From contig CDPCPM010000120.1 in NCBI GenBank assembly GCA_976551045.1, positions 7,192,001-7,256,000 of the forward strand: a stretch of 64,000 nt of DNA, in the 5' to 3' direction. The first letter of the stretch is position 1. Each line of letters opens with the position of its first letter. The position numbers and the translations under genes are program-made. The notes beneath the pieces are model-generated. The model worked only from the letters and a program-made list of their open reading frames with translations, was not told where the DNA came from and searched no databases. Shown here in pieces: positions 51,706 through 63,554 of the stretch. This stretch comes from Glaucostegus cemiculus. Lineage: Eukaryota.

Positions 51706-53479
51706 GGGAACAAGGAAAGGCAAAATGAACCTGGAAGTAATTGTAATACAATTCCAGGTTTGGAGTTTTGAAGTTTAAAGATTGCAGAATGAAGAAAATA
51801 TCAAGGCAGGCAAGGATTTTCGCGTTTATTGATCCAGGAAAGATAATGCAATCAATAATTTCAACGTATTTATGATTTGGAGCACAGAATAAGGTGGAAG
51901 TTGATTTGTCTGGAGCATAGAAGAGGCATCAGAGAAGTTCAAAAGACCACTGAGGATAGGAATGTCCATAAAATAGATTTTAACAAGGTTGTTAAGGGCT
52001 ACCAAATGATTAATTATTTTTGTGTTCATTTTGTGACTCTAAAAGGTATTTGAAAAACTTTCTTGCATATCAAAGTAGACGTGGGATGACTCAGGAGACA
52101 GTTTAGAATTTTTGACTGGGAAGCAAGTTTTGTTGGTGTATAGGAGGGGAAAAATGAACACCTTTGAGAAAATTTTAATTGGAAATCCACTTTTGATCAG
52201 AAGTTGTTAAATCAAGAATATCCACAAATATGTTAAGAAATAATACCTTCCTAAAATCATGTGTGAAGTTATTAAAATAAAGATCATTACAAATGTTTAG
52301 AAGTTATAAATTGCAAAGTATTTTCTAATTTATCCATAAATTTTCCGAATTTGTATCAAGGGGCAGGGTGATCCAATTTGTTGCAATCCTTTAAATCATC
52401 CAATCACCATCATCCCCTCCTGCCCCCACCACAACCACTGGAGTTTTTTTGTGCCTTTTGTACTATATGATATATGAAATTACCAATTAGCTCATCTTCT
52501 AATCTGCTTTCCACACATTCATGGGTTGTCAAGTTGGCCCAGTCTAAAATTACTTTTCAGTGCCAAACCTAATTCACTCTTCTTTTCCCACTGTGGAAAA
52601 TAGCAACCCTTTATTTTCAATATATACTGTATGTTTAAAATGAGAAAATAGTAAATAGGATGAGAAATGGAGGGCAAGATAAATTTGATGATGCACTTAG
52701 GAATGTTGGAACACTTGAAAGGCAGTATTTACATGTCACCTGCGATGACCTAGGGTCTCCTAAGGATTTTCAAAGTACTTTTTAATCTATTGTAATATAA
52801 CTGAACATGAGCAGGGTATGTGGAAGCAACTAATAAAAGTTAGTGGACTGCGATGATGGGATAGATTGAACTTGATGATAAAAACTTATAATTTCAGCTG
52901 CTTTCAAAGCCTGATTGTCATAGGAGAAATTTTGCAGGACCTGATCTGCCTTGACCTGAATGTATAGCTCGGATGTGGAATGAATAAATTTTCTTAAATT
53001 TGCAGTCCTCTTTCATCATCATGTACAAGTTATTTCTCTGAATATTAATTCCATTGCTGTGCAGTAAGATGGCTTGCATGCATCTTTAATTGGTCCATCA
53101 AGGCAAGTTAGTGTGGTGGAGTGTGATTTGATTCTATGTTGTTTAACGCTGTGTAAACATATTGAAATAAATAAATACTAGATGTATAAAATATCACTGG
53201 TACTCAGCATTTTCGCTTTGTTCAATAGCCAAAGTGAAAACATTTATATAAGAAAAATGTTTCTAGCACAATTCTTACTGTTCCAAATTTGGATGTATGA
53301 AATTGGATTTATGTTGCAATCAACATAACATAATCAAAAGCACAAGAATATTCTTCACATAGGACTTTCACTGCATAATTCATGGTGCATTAATTCAACA
53401 AAAGAATTTAAAAGCACATGGATTGATAAAATTATGTGGGGATTTTGATGTAACACCTCAGTACCTTTTTTTTTGTACT

Positions 53480-53905
53480 AGCCCTATATTCTTGATTTCC
53501 TTAATATCTAAAAACATCTAAAACTTAGCAAACTTTGCTTTAAATGTGCTTAGCAAATGAACCTTTACACCATCTTAGATCGAGAATTCTAAAGATTCAC
53601 TGCTCTCTAAGTAAAGCCTTTGTTTTAAAACTCTGATCCCTGACTCAACATATCTTAGCCAGTGAAAACATTGTCCCTGCACCTATTCTGTCAAGTCCCA
53701 AAAACATTGTACATCTTGATGAGACAATGACTCATTCATATAAACTTGAGAGCATATGCCCAGTCTACTTAATCTTTCCCTTTATGAAACCACCAACCAT
53801 CCCACGCATCACTCCGGTGAACTTTCTCTGCACTCCCTCAATGGCAGGCCTATCCTTCCATTGGTAGGGAGACCAGACCTTTACACATATAATTCCAGAT
53901 GTGGC
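53480..53905 (-). mobile_element. Old CR1 3' fragment
   Basis: Parallels 44270-44890 (CCTATATTCTTGATTTCCTTA, GAGAATTCTAAAGATTCAC, GGAGACCAGACCT.TACACA.ATAATTCCAGATGTGG). Confidence 0.65.
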
Positions 53906-53964
53906 CTTGTATGCAAAACCGAATGGGCCAATCAGCCCCTATTGACAACTTCCACCAATGTTTC

Positions 53965-54290
53965 CTGCCCCTTGGGAGAGTTTCAAATGAGGGGGCATAG
54001 TTACAAAATAAGCAGACAGTCAATTAAAGCTGAAGCGTGAATGAATTTCTTTTGCAAGGCGATGAACCTCTGGCATTCTTTAGTCTGGGGACTAATGGAC
54101 ACTGGATCAGTGTAGGTATTTAAAGAGAAAGTCGATATATTTTTTGCAAGGTCTGGGAATTGAGAGCCATGGGGCCCTTGCATAGAAGTGGAGATGAGGC
54201 CTGGGACTGATCAGCCATTATCATAATGAATGGCAGCAGACTCGAGAGCCCAAGTGTTCAATTCCTGTTCCTATTTTCTTGTGTTCTTGC
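53965..54290 (+). mobile_element. CR1 3' end
   Basis: GGGAGAGTTTCAAATGAGGGGGCATAGTTACAAAATA...GATCAGCCAT.ATCATAATGAATGGCAGCAG...TTCCTGTTCCTATTTTCTTGTGTTCTT. Confidence 0.8.
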
Positions 54291-54404
54291 TCTTTCTCCA
54301 TTCAAACTGATTCTACTATTTTGGTGCCTTTATAGTGAATGCTGTGTGCATTTAGATAAATGCCTTCAATTACAACTTTTCCTATTTTTCCCTCCTTGTC
54401 CTGT

Positions 54405-54700
54405 AATTACAGGCAGACACAAATGCTTAAGTACCTTTATCCTTCATTTAGTTCAAAATGTTAGTTTCGGGTCCTCTCTGCATCTGGGGCATTATATATG
54501 GAGGAAACATTGTGGGATGCAGTATTGCATCTTTCAGTTTGATCACTGCAGGTATGACCCAGAATGGTGCAGGATATTCACGCAGACACAGATCTCCACT
54601 GTACTTCTGAGGCCTGCTGCATTGTTACTCAAAGAGAAAGGTCCTAGCCCATGGACTGCATTGCTGATAATCTACTTCAGATTGGTGACCTTTAAGAAAT
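54405..54700 (-). mobile_element. PLE GIY-YIG fragment
   Basis: Reverse complement resembles 9720-9900 and 40770-40960 (CAATACTGCATCCCACAATGTTTCCTCCATATATAATG..CAGATGCAGA). Confidence 0.55.
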
Positions 54701-56303
54701 ATTCTTACCCATCACTATCCCTTGGGCCTATCCACCATAGCCCTACATCCCATTCATGAACCTGCACCATTTCCTGACAACCCACTGCCCCAATTTGCTC
54801 CTTTAGTTCTTATGCCACTACAAAACCAAGATCCTCTGTTGATGCACTTCCTGCTCCCTTGCAACTTATCCTTGCTCCAAGTCCCTCAATGTCCTGACAA
54901 ATGTGTGATGACAGAATGAAGGTAAAATAAATAACCTAATATTTCATTGCCAGCACCCACAGATCTCCTGACTCTGATCCACCCTCCCCCAATCCCTGAC
55001 CTTGCTGATTTCCTGGCCACATTCTTGTCTCGAAAACCTTTCTCAGAGACAGCAGCCAATTTGCATCCCTCCCGACCCAGCCTCCTCCTCCCATCCATTG
55101 TGTCTGAGTTCACATTTTTACAAAAATCCAAAACTAATTCCATTTTCTTGCTCTCTTCTCACATCTTTGTATACCTCTGTATATAATTGACATTTCAGAG
55201 AGAGTTCCTGTCAGCTAAATAAGGACGGATGATCATTAGCCTTGGAGGAAACCCTGTGTTCTTCTGACTTATTTAACTATCAAGTTCTTGCATGTTAAAA
55301 AATAATTAATTTTCATTTTACATAATTCTGCATTTTATTCCCACAGTATAAATTGCATTAACCAAGAAACATACACTGTAAATAATTTAAATACCCCAAT
55401 GTTACACATGAAGGATGGATAAGATGACTACAAAGATACATACTGAATAATTTCACCCACTGATCATGCACTGGTTACCAAAAATAGATGACCATAGGAA
55501 ACGTCTGGTTCAGGAAATACAGAAACTTAAACCGGAATCCAAATAATATGCTTTAGATTTGCACTGCAGAAACATTTGTTGTAGACCAAGCCCAATTAAT
55601 TAGTATTTCCTCCTTTTATTTAACCTATGGTTACCACTAAGAAGTAGTCTGCTTTTCTTCTTAAATCAACAGTCAAGACAATAAATGATTGTCTTTTATG
55701 TTAATTTGACTTGCTTTCAAACTGTTTCATTTGTGGGTAAATCAGCCAGGTTGAATCTGCTTTTCTTCCTAACTGACTCTCTGATATTCATTTTGACTGA
55801 AAGAACAACAGATGAATAAACAAACATAAATTATTTCCCTGTCCTAATCCCAAATGCAGTGATGCATCCCTGCTTGTATGCTGCATATGTTGAATAGTGA
55901 TAGCATTGACAAAAACCTATCTTTTAACATTACCAAAAATACAAGAGTGTTCTGCGTACTATTAATCAGTAAGGCTGGCAATAATGAAATTTGAGTTGAT
56001 GCAGCCCAGTGACATAAATGCTTTCTCTCCTGTCACACAATGCCACAATGGGATAGTGCCACAGAGTAATGGCACCAACGTAATGATAATGGAAGGTAAA
56101 TTTGATTTAGAAAAGTTCTGTTATTCTTTTCATGCATTTAAAAGAATATGCTAGCATTCTGGAGCTTTAAGCATCCAAGTTTTACATTTATTCTCTGTAC
56201 AACATCAATAACAAGTTCATAAAGATAAAATTTCTGAAAGAAAAAGAGGTTCTATTCCAGTTTTCAAGCATTGCCATTTTTTGTTTGTTATATTTACAGA
56301 TGA

Positions 56304-57520
56304 TTTTTATTTTGTCCTTTACAATATTTTTTATTAAATCCATGAAAAAAATACAGAGTGCATGCATCAAAAAAGAGAGTGAAAATACTACTGAAAACAT
56401 AGTGTTAAATCATACTTAGGATGACAATACTCTAAATTAATAATCACATGTAATAGTTAAAGGAAAAATTGGAACATTTTATCCTAAGAGAAATGTACTC
56501 CCACTACCAAAAACCGACTAATTAAAAACAAGGAAAAACCCTTGAAACGTAAGAATGTCAGCCAACGTATTTTAGTCACCAAATCAAAGGTTTTGAAAAT
56601 AATTCAAAAAGGTCCCCACAGGGTTTGGAAGTCTAAGTTAGATTCAAAAACTAAACAACAGATCTTCTATAGATTCAGGTATGACATAATATCCCGTAAC
56701 CACTGAGCATGAATAGACGGAGTAACTTCCTTCCATTTAAGCAGCACAGCTCTCCTGGCTATAAGAGAAATAAAAGCCAGAATGTGTAAATCAGAAGCCT
56801 TCAAAGTTGTATCTTTTTCTCCAGCGATCCCAAATAATGCAGTCGAAGGATTAAGTTTAAAATTTATTTTGAAAAGTACAAAAAAAGTTTGAAAGACCTC
56901 TGTCCAATATTTTTTAAGACTCTAACACATCCAGAACATGTGAATTAAAGAAGCTTCTCCATTATTGCATTTGTCACAGTAAGGAGATATATCAGAATAA
57001 AAATGGGATAGTTTATTTTCAGACAAATGAGCTCTATGGACCACTTTAAATTGAAGGAGAGAATGACAGGCGCATAATGACAAAGTATTAACCAATTTAA
57101 AAATTTCATTCCAAGTTTCCTCAGAAATTGACATCTGCAAATCTTGTTCCCAAGCGTTTTTAATTTTAATGAACGGCACCTTACTCATTCCTAGTAACCT
57201 GTCATAAACGATGGCTCAATATTAGATGGCTCAATATCTAATATTGAGCCATCGTGAAAAGGTTTCAAATTAAAGATTACATCTAATAATTTTTTTCAGG
57301 ACTCGTAGGAAAAGAATGTAATTGAGATCGAAGAAAATCTCTAATTTGTAAATATCGGAAAAAATGAGTTTTTGGTAAATTATACTTGGTAGATAATTGT
57401 TCAGATGAAGAAAGGTTTCCTCCAACAAACAGATCCTGAAAACAAGTAGTACCTAATTTGTCCCACTCTTTAAAAACTACATCAATCATAGAAGGTTTAA
57501 AGCCAAATTTTATTTTGACT
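56304..57520 (-). mobile_element. L1-type LINE 3' part (ORF2 C-terminus with CCHC knuckle, 3'UTR, A-rich tail)
   Basis: FKEWDKLGTTCFQDLF...LPKTHFFRYLQIRDF (57283-57525); AWEQDL...LLQFKVVHRAHLS...CDKCNNGEASLIHMFWMC (56922-57188); AATAAA and A-tail on the - strand at ~56304-56336. Confidence 0.92.
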
Positions 57521-59409
57521 GACATATATTAAACCTTTAATTTGACTGAAGTTTGAATTGAGATTTTTGCAATTTGTACGTGCAGTGTGCTTTTATGGTC
57601 AGTAAAAACAATGAAGTGATAAGCTTTTTTGTTTATTCCAAAGTAAAAAAAAAGAAACAGGCCATTCAGCCCATTAAAGGTCCATTAACTCAAGGATCCA
57701 TACTAATGTTTGTACTTGACATGACCTTCCTCCCATTCTTCTTCAGCTAAACCCATCAACCTATCCTGCTCTTTATTCAGAGGCTTCCATTTGTATTCCT
57801 GCAGCTTTGATTTGATAATACACCTATAAGTTTTCTTCAATAATCATAACCAAATTTAATGAGAAAGATACTAAATATCCTAGATTTATCAAGAAATTGT
57901 TGAACACTGGTTTATAGAAGATATGTGCAGCTTGGCATAGACCATTATTTTATTTTTAAGCTCTATTGAAATAGAAATTGGCAAAACTCTCATTATAGAA
58001 AAATGTTAAAGTCTGCTATTTTTAGGGTGAGATCAAATGCTGATTTGCATGTTATCAAAGAGTCAAATTCTGTTTTAATATAATGGAAGTAGAATTCAAT
58101 TTGCCCTTATTATAGCTTCTGATTTTGCATGACCAAAATCGACTGTTCGGAGTAGAAAGTGGTCATTCTGCTTGTAATTTATTATGTTAAGTGAAAGCAA
58201 TTAAAACTAATAATTTTGACTAGACATATTGTTGACATTGAATTGGATTGTGTTTGACTCAGCCAACATCTTACATTTGTCTCCTACGAGATGCCTGAGG
58301 TCAACTCTTTGTGGTCAGACAAGTGGCCCTTGTGTCCGTGTCCTGGAGGCATACTGATACAGTTGTCCCATGTTGTGGAGTGGCCCACAAACAGTGACAT
58401 GCCTTTGTCATCAGGTCTTGCGGTTGCACCCTTGGACTACTTGTGCTGTCAGTAGGACCCCTCCACTGTTTGTATACATCTCTTTACTTTCAGAAAAAGA
58501 TAAAACATACCTAGCCTCATCCACTCTTTCAATGAAGTGGGGTGATCCTATTGCAATGAACGGGGCTGTGATTGATACACCAGTTAAGGCTAATGTAAAG
58601 CTGAGGGGCTAAGTGTGAAGCATCTTTTACCCCTCAGCTCAGTATAGTTAGGACTTTTTACCGTTGGACTGAGTGCTGAGTTCAGGAGCAGAACAGGAGT
58701 GCAGATCCAGTCACTTCTGAAATTCAGCACATTCTGTACTTCCATGCTGTACTGGAGAGAAGCACATGCAGAATGCAATGACTCTCACAATTCAATTAAG
58801 TAATTACTGGTTAAAAATCATAATGATCTGGCCCTGTGTTATTAGTATCAGCTTTAATAAATCTTGTCTCACACATAGAATTTCATTCAGAAGTTCTCAC
58901 CAGATCCATGAGTCGCAACTGTAGAGGACTTCCATGTTGTCTAATTATGGCCACTGATAGTTCCAATACTGATTTGCCACAGTAAATTTTGTAAACAGTA
59001 AACAGAATATTCATTGTTGTAACTTGGTTTATAAGACTACAAGCAAACAATTTCTAAAATTGAATTGATTGAGGAATATGTGAGAGTGAAAGTACAAGTC
59101 AAGCAGAATCTCATTAAGTTGGCAACAGAAAATTACCACTTGTGTCTTTCTCCCAGCCTAGTAACAAGTCATGGTCTTCCACTTACAGATGTCAGCACAA
59201 AATAATATTCCACGGTTATCTGTATGTTGGGCTGCTCAGTAGCAGATGATTCCATGTTCATTCTTTACTGTTATTAGCCTTCATTATCCATGTGTAATAG
59301 TTTTTGTTTTCTGAATTAATATTTAATAATAGTTTACAGGAAAAGAAACCATGAATATTCACCTTTGTTATATTTATGCTATATGTAAAAAGCTATGTAA
59401 AGGAAGAAA

Positions 59410-59800
59410 AATATTTGCTTTTCCATTGTATGATATCCCAAAGATAATGAAGAACTTCTGAAGTGCAGTCACTGTTGTAGTTAGGAAATGCAGGAGCCAA
59501 TTTAGGTGCAACTTCTGAACAATAATAACTAGACAATCTATTTTTAGTGAGACACAAGAAATTGCTGATGCTGGAATCTGGAAGGAAGAAAGAAACAAAC
59601 TGCCGGGAGAACTTTTTTATTCTCTCTCTCCAGCAATTATTTTTTGATCCACAGATGCTGCTTGACCTGCTGAGTTCCTCCAGTAGCTTGTATTTTGCAA
59701 TCTATTTTTAGTGATACTGATTGAGGAATTAATATTAACCAGAATTGTTGAAATTAATATTAATCAGATTCTGGATATAACTTCACTGGTTCTCTTGAAA
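59410..59800 (-). mobile_element. Deu-type SINE containing a PLE mini-insertion
   Basis: ATCCCAAAG...AATGAAGAACTTCTGAAGTGCAGTCACTGTTGTAG.TAGGAAATGCAG.AGCCAATTT...TTTTAGTGAT.CTGATTGAGG. Confidence 0.7.
59551..59697. mobile_element. 147-bp two-part inverted PLE-tail insertion with 17-bp TSD
   Basis: CAATCTATTTTTAGTGA at 59534-59550 and 59698-59714. Left half is pLTR on the - strand, right half is pLTR on the + strand. Confidence 0.88.
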
Positions 59801-59805
59801 CTAGT

Positions 59806-60355
59806 TGTTACGAAGTAGCTTACTATAGGCAAATATCCCTTTAAGATGGGACATTGTGTGTGTGTGCAACGTATTACGTCAACAGAAGATAAGACTAACG
59901 TGATGAGGTCATTACAAGAAAGAAAAAGATAAGAGAGTGAGAGAGACAGACAGACGGAGAGAAAGAAGAAGGAGAGATGGCAGCCTGTTTTGCTTCTGTC
60001 GATGGATGAAAGACAGTAACTGTGTTTGTTACTAAAATCCGTGGATGGATTTCTGGAGTAGTCCAGTGGAGTTCACTTTGTTGCTAACCTGTAGAAGGAC
60101 ACAGGTGTTTGCGTGGACAGCCACATTTTGGATGCTCTTCAGAGTGGCAGATACTATGGAACAAAGTGATGGAATTCACTTTGCTGCTAACCTGTAGAAG
60201 AACACAGGTATTTGCATGGACAGTCACGATCAAGGAGTTTTCAGGGTGAGAAAGTCACTACTGAGTAAGTCATGAAGTGTCGTTTGAGTTTCGAGTGGAA
60301 CATTCGGATTTTGTGATTCCTCTCTAATCTCTCTCTATATCTATGTTTTGTCTTC
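59806..60355 (+). mobile_element. 3'-truncated LTR, same family as 29147-29984, opposite orientation
   Basis: TGTTACGAAGTAGCTTACTATAGGC... is the reverse complement of ~29428-29984, highly similar by eye. Match stops at TTTTGTCTTC; no TSD. Confidence 0.92.
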
Positions 60356-60364
60356 ACCGTGAGC

Positions 60365-60545
60365 TCCTCCAGCACTGCCACCCAAGCACATTCCTAGGTT
60401 CTCTTTCATTGTAACTAGGTCAAAACTCTTTACCAAACAGCACTGTGGAAGTACCTTATCCAAATGGTTTGCAACAGTTCAAGAAGTTAGCTTACAGGCA
60501 CCTTGTCAAGAACAGCAAAGGGTGGATAATGAACTCTGGAACCCC
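60365..60545 (+). mobile_element. Old CR1/L2-group LINE 3' end
   Basis: TTCATTGTAACTAGGTCAAAA...AAACAGCACTGTGG...CAGTTCAAGAAG...GCTTAC...CACCTT.TCAAG. Confidence 0.55.
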
Positions 60546-63029
60546 CACCCTCACACCAACATCATTAGAGGGAACGTTTAGATATATTCTTTTTCATTTC
60601 AGTAAAGCTGTCCCAAAATTAAAATTTACTATACAGTTGATACATTCATAGGTATTAAAGTTGATCACAAGTATTGAATAAGTGTGGCGGTGATCATTGT
60701 TCTCCATGATGAATTTATGAGTTACTAGCATGAGCAGGATATTCAGTTGCAAGTGTCTGCTGCAGAGCAAAATCAACATCTGTTCCAGATTCGTTTAGAA
60801 CATCCTGCTATTTAAGAATGATTGGACATTTAGATTTATTTCTCCCCAAGCAGAATTACTTGTAACTTGCTACTACTTTTAAAAAAAAAGTTTAGAAGAC
60901 AGAAAATACTAAAGTCAAGCAACGTGACTTGTGACAACATGTGCAGAGGCAAATATATATTGCTGCATCAGAAGTTGTTTTGAAAGGATATAAAGCCCAG
61001 TGATTGAGTATAGTTCAGCATCTGTGAATAGTCATATCATATTTGCACATACCATTAGGTTATGATTTTCTTTTATCTGGTAAAATTGTTTGCATTTAAT
61101 GGAAAAAAGATTAAGTGCAGCAAGATGCACAAAATAATTGTGATTTCAATCAAACTTTTTTTTTGAGTACTATTAGTAGAGGTTGTAGAGTGCAGGCATA
61201 ACCAATTAAAACCTAGATGTTGATGCAGCTGTGCTCTAATCTTAGATTATCTTGTGGAACTGCATCATTACCATGGATGAACAAATTTAAACTTTTGAGT
61301 AAACCTCAATCACCCAAGCAAACCCCCCAGCTCTAAATTTGTGTTCCTTCAAACTATTTTAACAACATCTTAGTGCAAAGTTTCATTTTTTGAATGAAGT
61401 ACAAATCAGGTGAATTGATACCAGAAAAAAAATCATAGCCCTTTATTTCTGGTCAATAACAAACTGTCAATAATAACTGTGTTGCTGTCTGACTTACAAA
61501 ATGGATAACACTTACTCTGGTTCTCCCAAGACCAACTTGCAAGATGAAGTCACTTTCAAATTCGACGGTGAGGCACTATGCTCTAGCAGGGTCTTCTACA
61601 ATGTAACTCCATTGCACAGGATGGTCAGAACAAGTTCTTACCAAAAAGATGCTGAAAAAGTTTTGGCAGCTGACTAGTGGGTTGTCAAAGCACAATGGAC
61701 AGATTCTCAGCTCATCTTTTGCAATGCAGCCAGATTGGCTGCTGCTTTCAGCGTGCCCTGAAATACAGTCTCCAGAGGGAGACTGGATCCCATCTGCAGC
61801 AAACCCTGCTCCCTGAATAGCTATGGTAGCTGGAAAGTTCCTGCCCTCTGCTGTCAGATCAATTGGTCATTGTCTTGAGCTTCAACATCCAGTGTTCATT
61901 CTGGGTCACCCCTGTGTATCTTCCAGGAAATATCTTGTTAGTTTTGATCGACAATTTTAAAGCCATATGCTTTTGACTGACTTTCAGTGAAATTTGACCT
62001 AACCCTTTGGTTAGTTTGCCAAGCACCTGTCCCACCACAGCTGTTCCTTGACACAGTCCAGAACTGAGGTTGGCATTTAGGTTGCAGATTGGTAAGTGGG
62101 GCTTGAGCAATCTTCCTCCTGCCTGGCTGCAGACATGCCAGTCTTTCTGCTGCTTACTACCACTGTCAAGAAGGGAACAGGGCTATGCCTGGGTACCTTC
62201 TCCCCTCAGCCTTGGCTGGAAGTGGATTCAACATAATGCCTGGCTTGGGAGATGCTATGAACAGTGGCTGAGTCACATTCAGTCCTTTTCCACTCCTGGT
62301 TGGAAGTTTTTGATTTATTCTTTAAAAAATGAGAGTTTCAATTGAATAATTAATAAGAAAACAAGAATAGTTTTGCTCCAGAGTTCAGCCATTTGCATTG
62401 GTTCATGCCAACACAAACTAGATTGCTGGTAGCGAGGCCATTTGTTCATGCTAGGATCAGAAATTTCCACATTGATACTGAACTCTGTGTGGAGCTCAGC
62501 ATCACTGTAGTGGCCCTGCTGGACTCACACAAAACTAGCTAGATGATGGGCAAAGAGGTGGATGATCTGAACCCAGAAATAATAAGACACACTGAAGTAA
62601 TAAGAAACTATTAAAATATTCAGCTTTAAATTCAGAAGTTATTTTGTATAAATTATAACAAATTGTAAGTTACCATAAACTGTTAGGTTCCTGCAGCCAT
62701 TCCTCTCCATTGAAATGCTGTGGCTGTACCAGCCTTAACCTGGCATAGGTTGTTTGGGTGGATTTCCTACCATAAGTGGTGGGGAAGTGTTGATGGACTG
62801 CTGAGTCCAGAAGCAAAGTGCAGTTACTACAGTGCTGGCAGATGTGTTTGTGCATGCATTTACAAGAATCCCAAACTTGCCTACACTTATGTGGAGAAAT
62901 ACTGGCTACTTTGCCAAACTGTTGAGATTTCCCTGGAATATTTGGGTCCATAGTCATAAACTATTAAAAAGAGAAGCAGATGCTTAGAAGACCAACCTGA
63001 AGTAGCTAAGAATGTTCTCTGCATTTACA

Positions 63030-63415
63030 CGCACAAAAACAGAAATGATGGAAGAACTCAGCCAATCAAACAACATCTGTGGAAAGAGGAACCAGTTAAT
63101 GTTTTGGGTTGTTGATCCTTCCTCATGACTGGGAGAAAAGTGAAGGATATACAGTTTTTAAAGCAGAGCTGTGGGTGAAAGACAAAAGACCATATGGAGA
63201 GAGCTTAAGGCAGATCGGGTGATAAGGAGCATGGGAACTGACCATTAACAAGGCATTTAAAAGAATCTGGATGATAAAGGGACATAGCATGATAATAAAA
63301 TACAATGTGAGCAGTTTACCTGAAGTTGGTGTTCATTCCAGGAGTTTGCAAAGTGCCTGGACAGAAAATAAGATGTTGTTCTTCTGGTTTATGTTGGGTG
63401 TCACTGTGGCAGTGA
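63030..63415 (-). mobile_element. Old PLE 3' end
   Basis: AAAACAGAAATGATGGAAGAACTCAGC..ATCAAACAACATCTGTGG, plus AAATAAGATGTTGTTCTTC (EEQHLIF on the - strand). Confidence 0.7.
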
Positions 63416-63554
63416 GGAGGCTGCAGACAGGCAGGTTGCCTTTACCACCAAACCTTCCCCTTGACAGATCCTCTCAAGTAAGGAACTCCCCATTAAAAGA
63501 TGGAAGGCCTGTGCATTTTTCTTTGCCTGTCATGATTTCAGGGCCATACGAAAC

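Noticed and set aside
53480-54290. Opposite-orientation CR1 pair as a twin-priming inversion (also 44172-46165)
   Set aside because: Both halves include 3' ends and look like different subfamilies, so they are independent insertions.
54226-54759. 177-aa ORF, the longest gap-free ORF
   Set aside because: Runs across a CR1 3'UTR and the antisense strand of a PLE fragment; no coherent protein.
29147-60355. The two LTR copies as TIRs of one 31-kb DNA transposon or ends of one provirus
   Set aside because: The first copy has its own TSD on both sides, orientation is wrong for a provirus, and the interior is ordinary host-like DNA.
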